A stretch of 64,000 bases of DNA from Lytechinus pictus. Taxonomy: Eukaryota. The notes below the pieces were generated by a model. The model saw nothing but the letters and a program-made list of their open reading frames with translations. It made no database searches and was not told where the DNA came from. Numbering within the stretch: position 1 is the first letter of the stretch; every line of letters starts with the position of its first letter. Below are positions 23,906 through 36,960 of the stretch, piece by piece. Position numbers and translations under genes: made by a program. The DNA is taken from the NCBI RefSeq assembly GCF_037042905.1, contig NC_087245.1, forward strand, positions 25,794,001 to 25,858,000, given 5' to 3'.

Positions 23906-26900
23906 CACTGGTATAGGCCTATGCTTTCATTTTCTTTGAATTATTTTCATTGTTGCTTTATACATTAGAAAACAAAATGTAAACTACAATTGAGATACTA
24001 TTTTCTGAATGAATATTTACTAGTCAATTATTATCTTTTGTGAAACGCCAAATTCTAGCAGACTTAGTGATTTACTTACGAATATTGAAGTGATCCGATG
24101 GTTGCTTTTGGTAATTCGAAAGATCTGTTGAATTGTAATAAGAGATCTTATCGAAGATCCAAGGTACTTATTGTCCATATCGAAAAGTACTGATATAGAA
24201 TCCTGTAAATGCAATTTGTCTGTGCTTGATTTTTTTTTCTCATTTTAAACTTAAATCATTAATTTCCTTTTAGAATAGAAGCTGCCTTGATGAATGTAAT
24301 TCACGTAGATGTACAACAAATCCCAATATTAGTTAGATATAAATGTTGTCATTTATCCTGTAGCATTAGAATGTCCTTTACATACGTTGATCTTCTTTCT
24401 ATTCATTAATGCCTATTATGTTCATTAATACATTGTGTTATCAAAGTATATAATTCCCTGAAGTATCACCGTTTCTTAATGAAAATCATCATTGCAGCAT
24501 TTCAATTCCAGCAACTTGACTTAACACCGATAATAATCTACAATTGTTGTTAAATTTTGTTGCGTTTTAAAATAGATATTTCACTTAATTATAGATCGGG
24601 TCTATAAACTGATGGTCAATCAATTACTATCAAGAAATAAATTTGCACACTTACAACTTTTTTTTTTCTTCAAAATAGTGCTAAATAATCAAATTCCAAT
24701 GATCAATTTGTGAATAAGAAAAATTGAATATTTTCTTTTACACCGATAGTTGTGATATCCCTATATTGAATGAAATATTGTTTTCTTTTGAGCGTCGATG
24801 TATCCTAAAATCAAAGATGCCTAGAAAAAAACCATGATAATATCATTACACGATAAACTGTTATTCCTACCCCTTGTCATACGATCTTCTTACAAATAAT
24901 TGTCAGTGTTTTATTCACTGATTTAGAAAGTATTTATTAGTGATCTTATCTTAAAGCAGCTTTAACTTTTTTTGCTACATTATAAATGTCATTCTAACAT
25001 TTACCGCAATGTTTCCCTTTTTTGTTTCCCTATTGGAGTTTATTACCTAAGTTTAAATACTTTTTATTTAACGAATACATGTTAAAAAAATTCAGGTAAA
25101 ATGAAGGCAAACTGTAAGGTAAAACGTAAGACGAACAAAGATCACTGTGAATCAGCTAATTTTTATTCGCGGATTGTAGAGGTCAGTCGACAAGATATAC
25201 AGACTGATTTATACGTTAACATTGATGTATAGGGAGAGTGCTAGATCACAGAAATATTCTTTTTGAGATTAAAAGTACAATAACATTATTGATTAGAATT
25301 TTAACTGATTTCGTCATTAAAACGACGGTATTGTGATTACTGGTATTTACCATAATTGAAAAATAAAAACTGAACTGGCGGTCACAATCGGCAAAGAAAT
25401 TATTTGTAAATATTTGGTTGGTTGTTGTCATGATTGTGCACTTAATTAGTAGTATACATATTTGGGCATTCAGGTATATTCTTATGCTACACTACACGAA
25501 TGAAATAGTCAACATGGTTAGCATTGATGCTCTAATTGCCACTATGCAAATGACAACCCACTTTGGCACTTTACGACGGTCAAGGTTAGTAAGCAACTTG
25601 CCCACAATTCGAATAAATCCCATTTGTTATCTTTAAAGCAAAACTGGCCACTTAAGGCGGTCATTTGTGACTGGTTGGTGATTCACGTTTGTCAGTAGTC
25701 TTTATCGGGGTTATCTCTTACACGCTGAAACCTGATTGAACATCCATTTAAGGAAGAAGATAACTCCCCAGGGGGGTATCACTCTTCCTTTCAACGAGAC
25801 GAAAAGTATTTGTGATAAAATCAAAGAATAGGTCAATTTAGATGGGTAAAAATCCCACGAAATATGTGTTGCGTGACATTGTGACCGCATTTGTGAAAGT
25901 ACAGAATCGATATACATCAATTATAGTCACATCGAGTTTGATGCTTTCAAACAAAAAAATAGTTTGTGATGTACTGAAAATAAAAAAAAACGACAACGGC
26001 ATGTACTTAATCCATTCAAGATCTGTAATGTCTCTTTCTGTTTTCGTAAAAAAATGTACATTGTCAATAAAATACAACAATGAGTTTGAACTATTGTATT
26101 TTCGTGCTATTACGTTTCAAGAAGTAGCCATATTGCTTGTGAGTAGGAAATTAAATTTAAACTTTCGATGACTATTTGTAACTATAACATCTCAGAGCTG
26201 TATAATTTAAAATTCAAGAATTCAGTTTAGCAGACTTACGCACTAAAACAAAAACATTAGGACGTAGTATTGGTATTTTGAAAATACAGTGTTATAAATT
26301 AAACATATATCATACAATGTATAACATGTGAGAACTGCTAGATATACGTCGTTGAATTCATGAAGGATATAATTTCTTTTTTTTTCTATAAGTAAAACAT
26401 GAAATATGTTTCACATAGATCCTTCAAAGGTGTGATATATTAAGAAACCAAAGTTTAATATTGTCACGAGGAATGTGCAGGTATAGAGTAAATCTGACTT
26501 ACAAACATAAATCTTACTTACAAAGATAAATATACATTATTAGCGGTCAGTGGTTTTCTTATGGAAATTTATTTTGAAAACACCTATTCTAGATCTATGA
26601 AATAGAAATTTGCTTATTCATTTTTAAACATAAATTTATTTTGCATTTGCACGGTTGTGGGTTATGTGATATATGGTTATTTAGGCAAGTGTTTGATTGG
26701 GTGTGCAAGCGTGTGTGGGTGGGTGTGTGAGTGTGAGCAAATGTACAAATATTATGTGCATCACTTCAATGACTAGCGGATACTTTGTTCTTTTTTCCGT
26801 ATCTGCATGAACAAGAAGAATACCTTAGCAGTATTGTATGTTTGGAACTATTTGGAATTCTTCTATATCAAATGTAGTGAAAATGTTCATTCATTTGTGT

Positions 26901-28413
26901 TGTATTCTATTTTGTTCTGGAGATATTGGATTTATATATACTTAAACAGAACATGTTTGAAGACATTTGGGGAAGAGTTTGTAGAGTAAATGCGTGCCTA
27001 ACAAGGACCTTGTAAATAAAATGTGATTTTTGCAAACGTTAATCCTCCAAATAGCATTAAATTATTTCAAATAAATTTCCGTCGCTTTTATTGTCTTTTG
27101 TATAACGAATGACCCATAGAAAACGCGCACACCATATATTGAAAAATGTGCCGAGAAAAAACACAAATCATACAACCTCAGGCGAATACTAATTACAACC
27201 ACCAGGAAACTAAACACCGGACATTATATCGTCCCATAAATATTCCTGAATATTGTAATATTGTAAGCCCCAGAAAAACTATCCCCTTTACCAACTGCCC
27301 CCGTGGAATTTTCTTCATACATAGCTTATTGATATCTCATTAAAATAAGGTTTCAAATAAAATGAATCATATCGGGGTCCTCGACAAAGTATATGTGACA
27401 GAGAAAGACAAAATGCCAGTATACCATATATTATTGATAATATAATATTATCATGATTATGACATACTCAAGATACAAGATTATATCGAATCTTATTCCC
27501 CGACTTGCTATATGGTGCAGGTTTTTTAAACAAGTTTATCATAACATAAATTCAATAGGTCCCTCATTTTTTAAGGCTTATGACGACATCATTAAAAAAT
27601 TATCAACTTGTAACTCCATTAATCTTTTAATCTTGGATCGTTCCGATCAACCACATCTATGAAAAGCCAACATCATCAACAGCTAAACTGCAAATGTGTT
27701 CAAAATGTTTTCTGAATATGAATAGACTTGCCAACATTTTAAAAGCAGACGACTGAAACAATAATTGCGAGGGAGCTGAGGGAAGGAGGACGAGTGGGTG
27801 TGGGAGGGAGTGTCTCTCCACCCACGGTATGGAGCATTTGCCTTTTTGGACTTTAATACAATTGTGCAATCTGGTGCATACCTTGATGGGAACTGTAGAT
27901 TAATGTATGGGATCGATCACAACTCTTTGTAGGACTGGGCACTGATCGACATTTCTGTTCCTTGCACATGTAAATACACAACATGCATCTACATGTACTC
28001 TCGGACATCCTCTTGTTATCATGCGTGCAAACAAGCTAAAAATCTGTAAGAATCGTCAGCAGTGAAGAACGCTGATAATGAAACAAGAGGAGTGCCTCTG
28101 CACAGCAAAAACTGTGGTGTTAACCTGTGTACATAGAGTACCACACCAATTATTTTACACGTTAAATTACGGTGTTAAATTGACAGTGTTCGTCTAACAC
28201 CTATAGGTGTTATTGCAACACATTTGGTTGTTACATTTACATTCTTTGGTGTTTCTGTTACACCTGTTTTTTTTTCAAGGACATTACTTATTAACTACTT
28301 TTCTTGAGTATCCCTGTCAGTGAAAGTATGTAAAACAATCCGTACAAATGAGTTTTTCTTCAAGTTTGTAAGGTATGATAGCAGAACGGGTGAAAAAACT
28401 CACAGCCAGGTAA

Positions 28414-29053
28414 AGCGATAATCTGACGATTAACTGCGCTGAGAAAATGAGTAGTATATGACTCTTGTATGTGAGTTTTGGGGTGTTGAGATCATGCATC
28501 CAAGTAATTTTACTCGGATCTCGCGTTAATTGCTTGCGCGCACACGTGATACCGGCCAAATGTGCAGAGCATGAAGACTTTTCTGGTAAGTTCTACATGG
28601 ACGATGTCACTTATTTGCCCTCCTCATAAATGACTCCAGCAATCGTAGCGGCACACTGGCCTTCACTCCCTTCTGGCCCCGGGGTAGCGGCGCAACAACA
28701 GGCTGGTGAGTGGTTACCCAAACCGAGAGGCGTGAGCCTCGGATGGATGAGAATGCACCCTGTTGTCACCATAAATAGCATTTATGTTTGCCCCATACAT
28801 GTAGGTCTAAGCTATTATTGTCAAGAAAAGTAATTATAGAAGAAAAGGGGGAAAATAAATAAAAAGACATGTAGAACTTACCAGAAAAGTCTTCATGCTC
28901 TGCACATTTGGCCGGTATCACGTGTGCGCGCAAGCAATTAACGCGAGATCCGAGTAAAATTACTTGGATGCATGATCTCAACACCCCAAAACTCACATAC
29001 AAGAGTCATATACTACTCATTTTCTCAGCGCAGTTAATCGTCAGATTATCGCT
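28414..29053. repeat. Inverted duplication with 186-bp arms (28414..28599, 28868..29053) and a 268-bp spacer
   Basis: No mismatches seen by eye. The six-frame track shows the same 49-aa string on opposite strands. Confidence 0.9.
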
Positions 29054-29344
29054 AAAACTAATCAAGTGTGTAATATGCTCACATACTCAAAAAGTCAGTA
29101 AATATACTTTAAACATACTCATTACACTGGGTTAAGTTACTCATTAGATTGAGTTATTCAAATTTACTCACTTGATGTGTCACTATAGTGTCAAATGAAA
29201 TATACTCGACAAGATGAGTTTTCAAAGTACCTTCATTGAGTGAAAGTACTCATCAAAGTATGTCGCTATAGTGTCAAAATTATTTTGACATTTGAGTACG
29301 ATTACTAACACATGCAAGTTTCTGTTTTTTGTGTGTAGAAAAAG

Positions 29345-29545
29345 TTAATTGATCCTAAATGACCTTTGACATTGGTCACGTGACTTAAAGCTCAGGCAGA
29401 ATGTTCATGAACTAGATCCATATACTTTCAAAGACATGATGATATTTCAAACACTTAACCTTGGCTGAGATTTTAATGTTGACTTCGTCGTCGAAAAAGC
29501 GGTGTCTGTAATCTCTCTCTACTATGCATGCCAGACAAAAAAACT
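29345..29545 (-). mobile_element. Degenerate fragment of the GACCTTTGACC HINE-like family
   Basis: Similar to 4915-5115 plus 6455-6487. Another fragment lies at ~44180-44335. Confidence 0.6.
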
Positions 29546-30140
29546 AATACATATTATAATTCCGCTGCTCTTTTAAAGTACAAGAGGCAACCACGCCATT
29601 ATTCTCCTTCTCTGTCCTGTTTCTAGACAGTTTATGGGCTTACGATTTTTGTGGTTAGCCATCTGGAGCCAAGTAACCATTACCCCATAATGAAAAGTTC
29701 TTTAACATCTCAAATTAATCATCTTAAAGTTAAACTCGAATTCACGATGTAAAGTGATCGAATCCTTTGAAAGAAATAATCATTTGAGAGGGTATGGCAC
29801 GAAAGTTCGATGTTATCATGGTGATTGAATATAAATAACTTTTTTTATATCAAGTATGATGTTTGCCATTTGATATGACGTAATAAATTGATTTCCTATT
29901 AGTGGAAATATCTCATTCCACGTATTGATAGCGTCCACTGCTCATGCTGCTAAAGGGTAAATCCCCGGTTACTATCATAACATTTCAGACGTATACTATA
30001 TTATACCATGGAGATATGATTATACAATATTCGGACCTATCAAATTGCAGGGGCACATTCAAATGAGACGTAGGGTTCAAAGGAAATGGTTTCACTTCCT
30101 ATCTGTAGAAGGAACGATCATGTTACACAGGTGCTCATTA

Positions 30141-30380
30141 CACTGTAAAAACGATGACGCTAAAACTGACACCAGTTGGTGTTTATAGAGGATCACACCT
30201 TGAGGTGTTAAAATTACACCCTAGAGATTGAACATAACACCAAAAAAGTGAATATGTAACAACCAAATGTGTTGTAATAACACCTATAGGTGTTAAACTA
30301 ACACCGTCAATTTAACAACGGAGTAAAAGAACTGGTGTAGTCCTCTATGTACACCGGTTAACACTACAGTTTTTGCTGTG
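30141..30380. mobile_element. CACTA/EnSpm-like MITE
   Basis: TA|CACTGTAAAAAC ... GTTTTTGCTGTG|TA with repeated ACACC motifs. Inverted partial copy at 28101-28270. Confidence 0.6.
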
Positions 30381-31960
30381 TATAAGGAGGTTCTATATTA
30401 GGAACAAGTCTTACGTCTTAGCCTCCTTGGTGTAAGCATCTTTACAATTTTTTCTGCACATGGACTCGAATTGCCTGCAAATGTCATTTCAAAGATAAAT
30501 ATACAACCATAATCTGACATAGCATCATACGTTACAGTATAATGTGATATACATTTTTATTACAATTTTTTATTTTTACCGAAATATGATATATTGATAT
30601 CTTTATGCTACATCTCCACAAACTCCTTTGAGCCTATAATTTTCACCCCTGAAATGTATCAGGATCAGACTGTGATTAAAAAGCTTATCGGTCATGAGTG
30701 GCCCTTGGTCCCGTTGAAAACCCCCTCACACGGCACTACTTAACCCCAATGAACACATGGAAATAAGTCAGTTACAATGGAAGTAAGTAGTCCAGTTATA
30801 CATAACACAAAACAAGAGTTAACGAGGTAGATCGTCAGAAAGGGGCGTCTGACATCCCTCGAACAGTTACCTAGACCATGCCTAGACCAAGGTCCAAATA
30901 TTGTTCAAAAGAATGTAGTTTCCGCATGGTAACAAATAATATGTTTTCTCTTATGAACCACCTATCTAGATCACACAAACAGCATCAGCTAAAACTGCAT
31001 GTCTTATGTAGGCCTTTACATGGAACACTATGATATTTTAAGTCATTTCCAAAGAAAATACATGGTAGAATTTATTCAACCTTTATGGCGACTTGCCCAT
31101 ATATCACCTTGTTCATGGTATTATATCATGGAACACAAATTCTCGTCCAACAAGACTTTAAAGAACGAAGCGAAAGACGGTTCAAATTTCGTTATCTTCC
31201 CGAACACAGATCCGCGGATGTTTGTTTTCAATCTCACTTACCATCCATTAGAAGTGTCGGAGGAGTGTAGCTTGAAAAGCTGACTAAACTTACATCACCT
31301 TTATATGGTAATTAAGAATCCATCCCACATTGACACACACACCCAGATTCCCTAATACGAGCGCACACGAATCTATTATTCGATTCTTTATAAAAGCAAA
31401 ATTAAATGCATGTCTAAATTCGATGGGCAGCACACATTGTATCCGCTATCCGATTTAAAACAATTAAAATGACAATTTCAACCTCTACTATTACTAAGAA
31501 TGAAAATTATTATAATTGATAATAAAAATGATTATAATCATAATATTGATAATAATGATAATATTTAATATAACTGATATTTATACATGAGTAGCGCTTT
31601 CGACCAACGTTTCCAAGCGCGGCTAAGTGGAAAAGAAACTAATATGAGAACCGATGCGTAATAATATATTAAATTTCTGATATTTATTCAATCGGTTAGA
31701 AAACATATGATACAGAATTGCGTTTATATAGCGCCTAATACATAATTTTTCAGAAATCTCTAAGCGCTCTACAATACATGCAACATTATTACATTATCAT
31801 AATTTTTGCAGTTACTGTTACGCGCTCAGCGTTCCAAGGAATAGAATCCCGCTAGGTACCCTTCCACCCCTCTGTTTACTGCAACTCGGCAGGACAGCGT
31901 TTTGCTGGTAAACGCCAAGCTGGTATATAACCAATTACCTAGTTAACATTTTACGTCTAG

Positions 31961-32347
31961 GTTAAAGGTAAAAGACAATAGTTGCAGCAAACATTCATTT
32001 CATGAGAAAGTCTTTTAAATCAAGGTTAATTGTCAAAATATTATCACACATCTCGATCTGGTAAATTGATGTAAACTTATCTTTGTAAAATCATGAAATC
32101 TTAGCTCAAAGTCGATAATTCTGATGATTACTAATACAGAAAAGCATATGTTGGACAGTGTATTGATATTGATATAATACCCGACATTTGATGGAATTCC
32201 GTGGTTATTTTTCTCATTTCTCAGCAATTCGCATTTTTTTCCAGAGCTATTTGGCACATACTTTTATGTATACAAACAAACACTTTGGTGGTAATTTCAT
32301 TGGGTTCTGTTCGAACTCATTTTGAGATCGTAACCACATCTGGCATC
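31961..32347. mobile_element. Degenerate TTAA-type (Kolobok-like) non-autonomous element
   Basis: Starts TTAAAGGTAAAAGACAATAGTTGCAG; the other end (ACCACATCTGGCATCT) is only a weak inverted match. Confidence 0.4.
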
Positions 32348-32369
32348 TAATCAGTCTTCAATAAGTCAT

Positions 32370-32506
32370 AGTGGCTGACTTATAGGCGGCAGTTATTACT
32401 CACGGGCCTTCTTATCAAAGTGGAGACACTGGCAGAGTAGGGATTCGAACTCTCAACTATGCGATTATGAGTCCAATGCTCTAACCACTGGACCACACGA
32501 CCCGCG
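32370..32506 (-). mobile_element. tRNA-derived SINE head
   Basis: Minus strand GGGTCGTGTGGTCCAGTGGTTAGAGC...GAGTTCGAATCCC (A and B boxes), followed by non-tRNA body. Confidence 0.65.
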
Positions 32507-34953
32507 GGTTGTGAAGCTCTTCTTTCACTTGTTGAAAAATAGGGGTGATCACCTGCCCACCTCCTGCTCCTCCCTGTGTAGCTTGAGGGTTTCGAAATTA
32601 CAAGTCAATTCCAAAAAGAAATCATTAAAAAAAAATGCTGGCTTGTAAAAGAGCAAATGATATAAGAAAAGAGAAATGTCTGTGTTACTTTGTATATTAA
32701 GTTCATGCCATCTACAAATAGTTTTACTTTGATCATTTATCAGTAGTTACTAGATAGACGGTATTACATGATTTATCTTTATCATTATTATTATTATTAT
32801 TTTATTATTATTTATCAGAAATGAAACACTAAAATCCAATATCTGAACGTTGCAAAAGCTAAGATAAAGGTCGCAGAAGCGAAGAAAAGTTAAAAGAGAA
32901 AAGAGAAATAGAGGATGAAGACATATAAGGTATTTCTCTGTCTCTTCTGAAAATTGAAAATATGGAATCTTTACGGCTCCAGTTGAATACTACATGGCGA
33001 GGAATCCATTTCTGTTCTTACTTAACGATGGACCTTGGGCGCAATACCCGTCTAGTCAAATAAATGAATGAATGCATTTCTTAAAAGAGGAAAGTAGTCA
33101 TAACAAATTCACTTTCCACGTGTGATTATCGACTTTGACACAGAGTGGAGCCCTAATGTCTATCCCATAAACATCTCACGATCATAAATGGCTGAACAAA
33201 ATTGATTGTATCGTAATGCTTTCCCAAAGGCAGTCTGGATCAAAGATACAATTGACAATTTAACATTTTCCAAGTAAAACTGGATGACATTATAAGATGA
33301 TTCACACCTCCCCTATCCATTATTTTTTAACGGTAGAGTTATGTCTATAAAGAATATTGCGACGGTTCTATTGAATATGATGTTTAAAAGATGTGCATTT
33401 GAATGAAATATTTAATTTGTGGTAAAGATTTAATAATGTTCAATCCATTCTAATAGGCAATAAAAAAACAGATGCTTTGGGTAACCGTAATATTAAGCAT
33501 TTCCTTCTAATGAATTAAATATTGATACCAATTCCAAATGTCATTACTGCCCAAGTGAGAGGAAGTGTACTCGTGGCTAGATAGTACATACCTATGTGTA
33601 TATCATTTAATAACTTTCTTAGTGTTCCATCATAAAATATGAAAATGGTATCATAAGAAAGCATGATTATTCCCCTTTACAATGATGTGTCATGTGTAAT
33701 GCTAATTTTATCATGGAATACATAATGTTGCAAAATTCATAGTTTCTATTAGTGAATATTATGTTTCGAAGATGGACTAAACTTAAATGATGTTGATGCA
33801 CTGATGCGTGGAAGTCCACACATGGTTTATTTTCAATTACGTAATGGAATGAATGTGTTTGGAATTGAAGCCTGTTGAAGCCTGTCATTTCAAAAAGTTT
33901 TAAGATGTTAAGTATAAAAAAATGAGAATGTTGGTTTTCATCTGATACACTCGATCACGCATGCAAAAAGTCCAAACGCATTTCCTCAACAACACAAACC
34001 ACTCTTTTCAGCCTTAATGTCACAACTGTTTTTTTTTGCAAAGCATTCACTGTCACCTGCATGGGTAACATTCTAAAGAAATTGAGACTCTGGTTAAAAT
34101 AGAAAACAATGCATTTTGCATCATTTCAATTCTGACTCTCCTCTATGTTCACGGTAACTGCACATTCCATGATTACATAATCAAAGCAGATGGCACATCC
34201 TTATACCATTTTTTTGTGCCAAAATTATGGAATAAACTGCCTGTAACACTAAGATCTGCTGACAAGTTAAAAACATATAAATCTCTGCTTAAAACACATT
34301 TATTTGCTCGTTGAATTTTTTTCTCCTTATATGATTTTTTGTGTAACTATTGGTTTAAATATTCATGTTAAGTTCTCTTTCGTAAGTTGGTTTTTTTTTG
34401 TTAGGGTTTAGCTTAGGCCTGGTGTTTTTAGAGCCCTTGTGAGTTATGAACCTGCCGGATTGCCTTCTGGGCAAGTTCCTCAAACTGCGGGTGAACAGGG
34501 CATTAAGATCAGGCACCAGTCCCCGTAGATATATTTTTAAGTGCTGTTTAATGTAATTTCATTATTATTATTATTTGTTATTTATTGTAAGGCGCTTTGA
34601 TCATATTTTTGATAAAGCGCTATATAAGTACCTGTTATATATGTATGTATGTATGTATGTATTCCCATATGATTATGGCACACACTAAGAAATTTATTAC
34701 CCATCAAACTTGTGTTGCAGATCTTTTTTTAGGGGATTATTTATTCAATATAATTAACATGAACTTGAAAAATAGCCAGCATTATTTGTCACGTTAAGAA
34801 TAAAAACCATTTAGAATTATTACTGGCTGTAGATGAAAAAAGGACCTTGACCTAAACGAAGCAATCAAGAAAATAGGAGAAATCGTAAATTTTTAGGGAG
34901 TATAAACCTGTTGTAGAGATGTGGGATTTTTTTCACGACCAAGAATAAAATTA

Positions 34954-36960
34954 AAACTAGATTTTAATTCGTCATGCGGACGAATTAGGTGGTCTGTCAT
35001 GATTTTTCATTCATTGTCGGCTAATGTTGTATAAAATGAATCCCGGGAATGAATCATTCAGATATGATTGATAATCTTGATCATAGACATCAAAGGAATA
35101 AATTTTGACCATTGCTAAATGTGATTATAAATGTAGTGATGACAATCGTGATGATTATAATGATGGTGGTGATAATGCAATATGTTAAATACGAAATAAA
35201 GTTAGGAGCACGTAAAATGCCGGCTTAAAAACTCTCCAAAAATCTCAGACGATTTTACCGAAATTTCACAATGTCAGTGGGTATTAATTTCACAGAATAC
35301 TTGAAAATTCATAGGTGATACTTTTTAAAAGCTAAAATATCTTAAATATTTTTGTTCAAATTTTCTGCTACATTTCAATAGATTTTAATGAGAAGTTTCA
35401 TAATGCTATAATTTCACAGCATTCACATCAAAACTCATCAGTGATGTATTTGATAAAAGAACCAGATTTTTTTTGTAAATGTTTGCCAAATTTCTGAAAA
35501 TTTTTAAACATTTCAAATAATATTTTCCGTCAAAAATTTTCAATATCCATTTATTAATTGTGTATGACTTTGACATTTACTTGAAAATTCTTTCTTGATG
35601 ATTTTTACTGAAAAAAGTCAGGTAAAAGATTCAAATACTGGCAATTTTCCCGCAAAATTTCGGGAACATGTGTAATTAACTAAATTGCACAATTTTTTCA
35701 TTTCACAGAAGGTACCTGAAAATTTGTTATATGTTATATTAAGTAAAAATGAACAAGCAGAAAAAAATCCAGGAATTTCCGCAAAATGTCCGGAATGAAA
35801 ATTTTCAACCCAATAGCGTTTAAATATTGCAGCGTTTACTAAAAAATACATAAATGATGTTTTACAATGTTAAAATTGCCCCTTAAAAAGTTCCGGAAAA
35901 ATTACAAAAATTGTCCTACATAAAAAAATTCAAGGCAAGTGGGCTTGAAATTTTCAGGAAGACTGTACAATTGGTTAATAAAACATTTCTCTAAAGAATT
36001 TCGCAAAAATTACGTCCAGAAAAAATTTGCAAAAATTTAAACACATCATAACACATTGATACTGTGGTCAAAAGTCAAAATTATTCCACGTTATTTGTAG
36101 AGAATTGTCTTCACTATATCATATCAAAATTTGGAAGAAAACTGACCAGTAATAACGAAGATACGGTCAAGTACGTTGACGTTTGTTGCGGAAATATGTA
36201 ATTTTCACTAATAACTTAAAATTGACGTAATTACAAAATCTCCAAATGAGATATTGAATATATAAAAGAGTGAGAAAAAATTTGGGGTCAACGGACTCCC
36301 TGAAGAGCTACAGTGAATTTTATATAGGCATATTTTTGCCCATTTACGCGCGCGTAATGCAAATTTGAATGGACGCGCATTCCCGTATTATTGGTCGTAA
36401 GAGGCTGAATGAGGTATCAAATTAATCAGAAGATAATGGACAATGGAAAGACATGAAAGAAATGATGACTCGAAGATGCATAACGATGGTAGGTGCAAGA
36501 ACGCGCACGCATACCTGTGCGCGCGCAAATTCTTGACATGCTCAAAATGACCAGAAACGTACCCAAACTTGACCATGGTCGATTTGGGGAAATTCAAAAT
36601 TTTGACGCGCGCGTACGTGCGCGTCGTGACCTTTGCATGACCTCTGATGATATGTCCTGATGACCTGTCACCTGAAATTGATATGATGCAAATATGGATG
36701 ATTTTTGATGATTAGTTGCGATGATATGATCAATCATTTAATTTTACAAAATGGCGCCTAGATGACGTCATCATGATTTGATAACCTTGAAAAGTTTCGA
36801 TTCCCATGTCCATAATGATGCCCATACATGACATGAAAATCAAGGAAATTGACATGCCCGATTTTGAGATAGAGGTGGACAAAGATTTGGCAATAAAAAT
36901 AAAGAAAATTCTGACGAATATAATAGGTGATCTGTCATCTTAATGACAGACCACCTAAAA
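34954..36960 (-). mobile_element. Second Helentron/HINE-like non-autonomous element (~2 kb)
   Basis: Subterminal IR TTAGGTGGTCTGTCAT (34986) / ATGACAGACCACCTAA (~36943). Partial IR TAGGTGATCTGTCAT forms an end hairpin. Stem-loop AATTCGTC-ATGCG-GACGAATT. Minus-strand 3' end CTAGTT. Confidence 0.7.

Noticed and set aside
28317..29135. Two ORFs sharing a 49-aa N-terminus, suggesting duplicated genes
   Set aside because: Explained by the 186-bp inverted repeat; non-ATG starts and no protein features.
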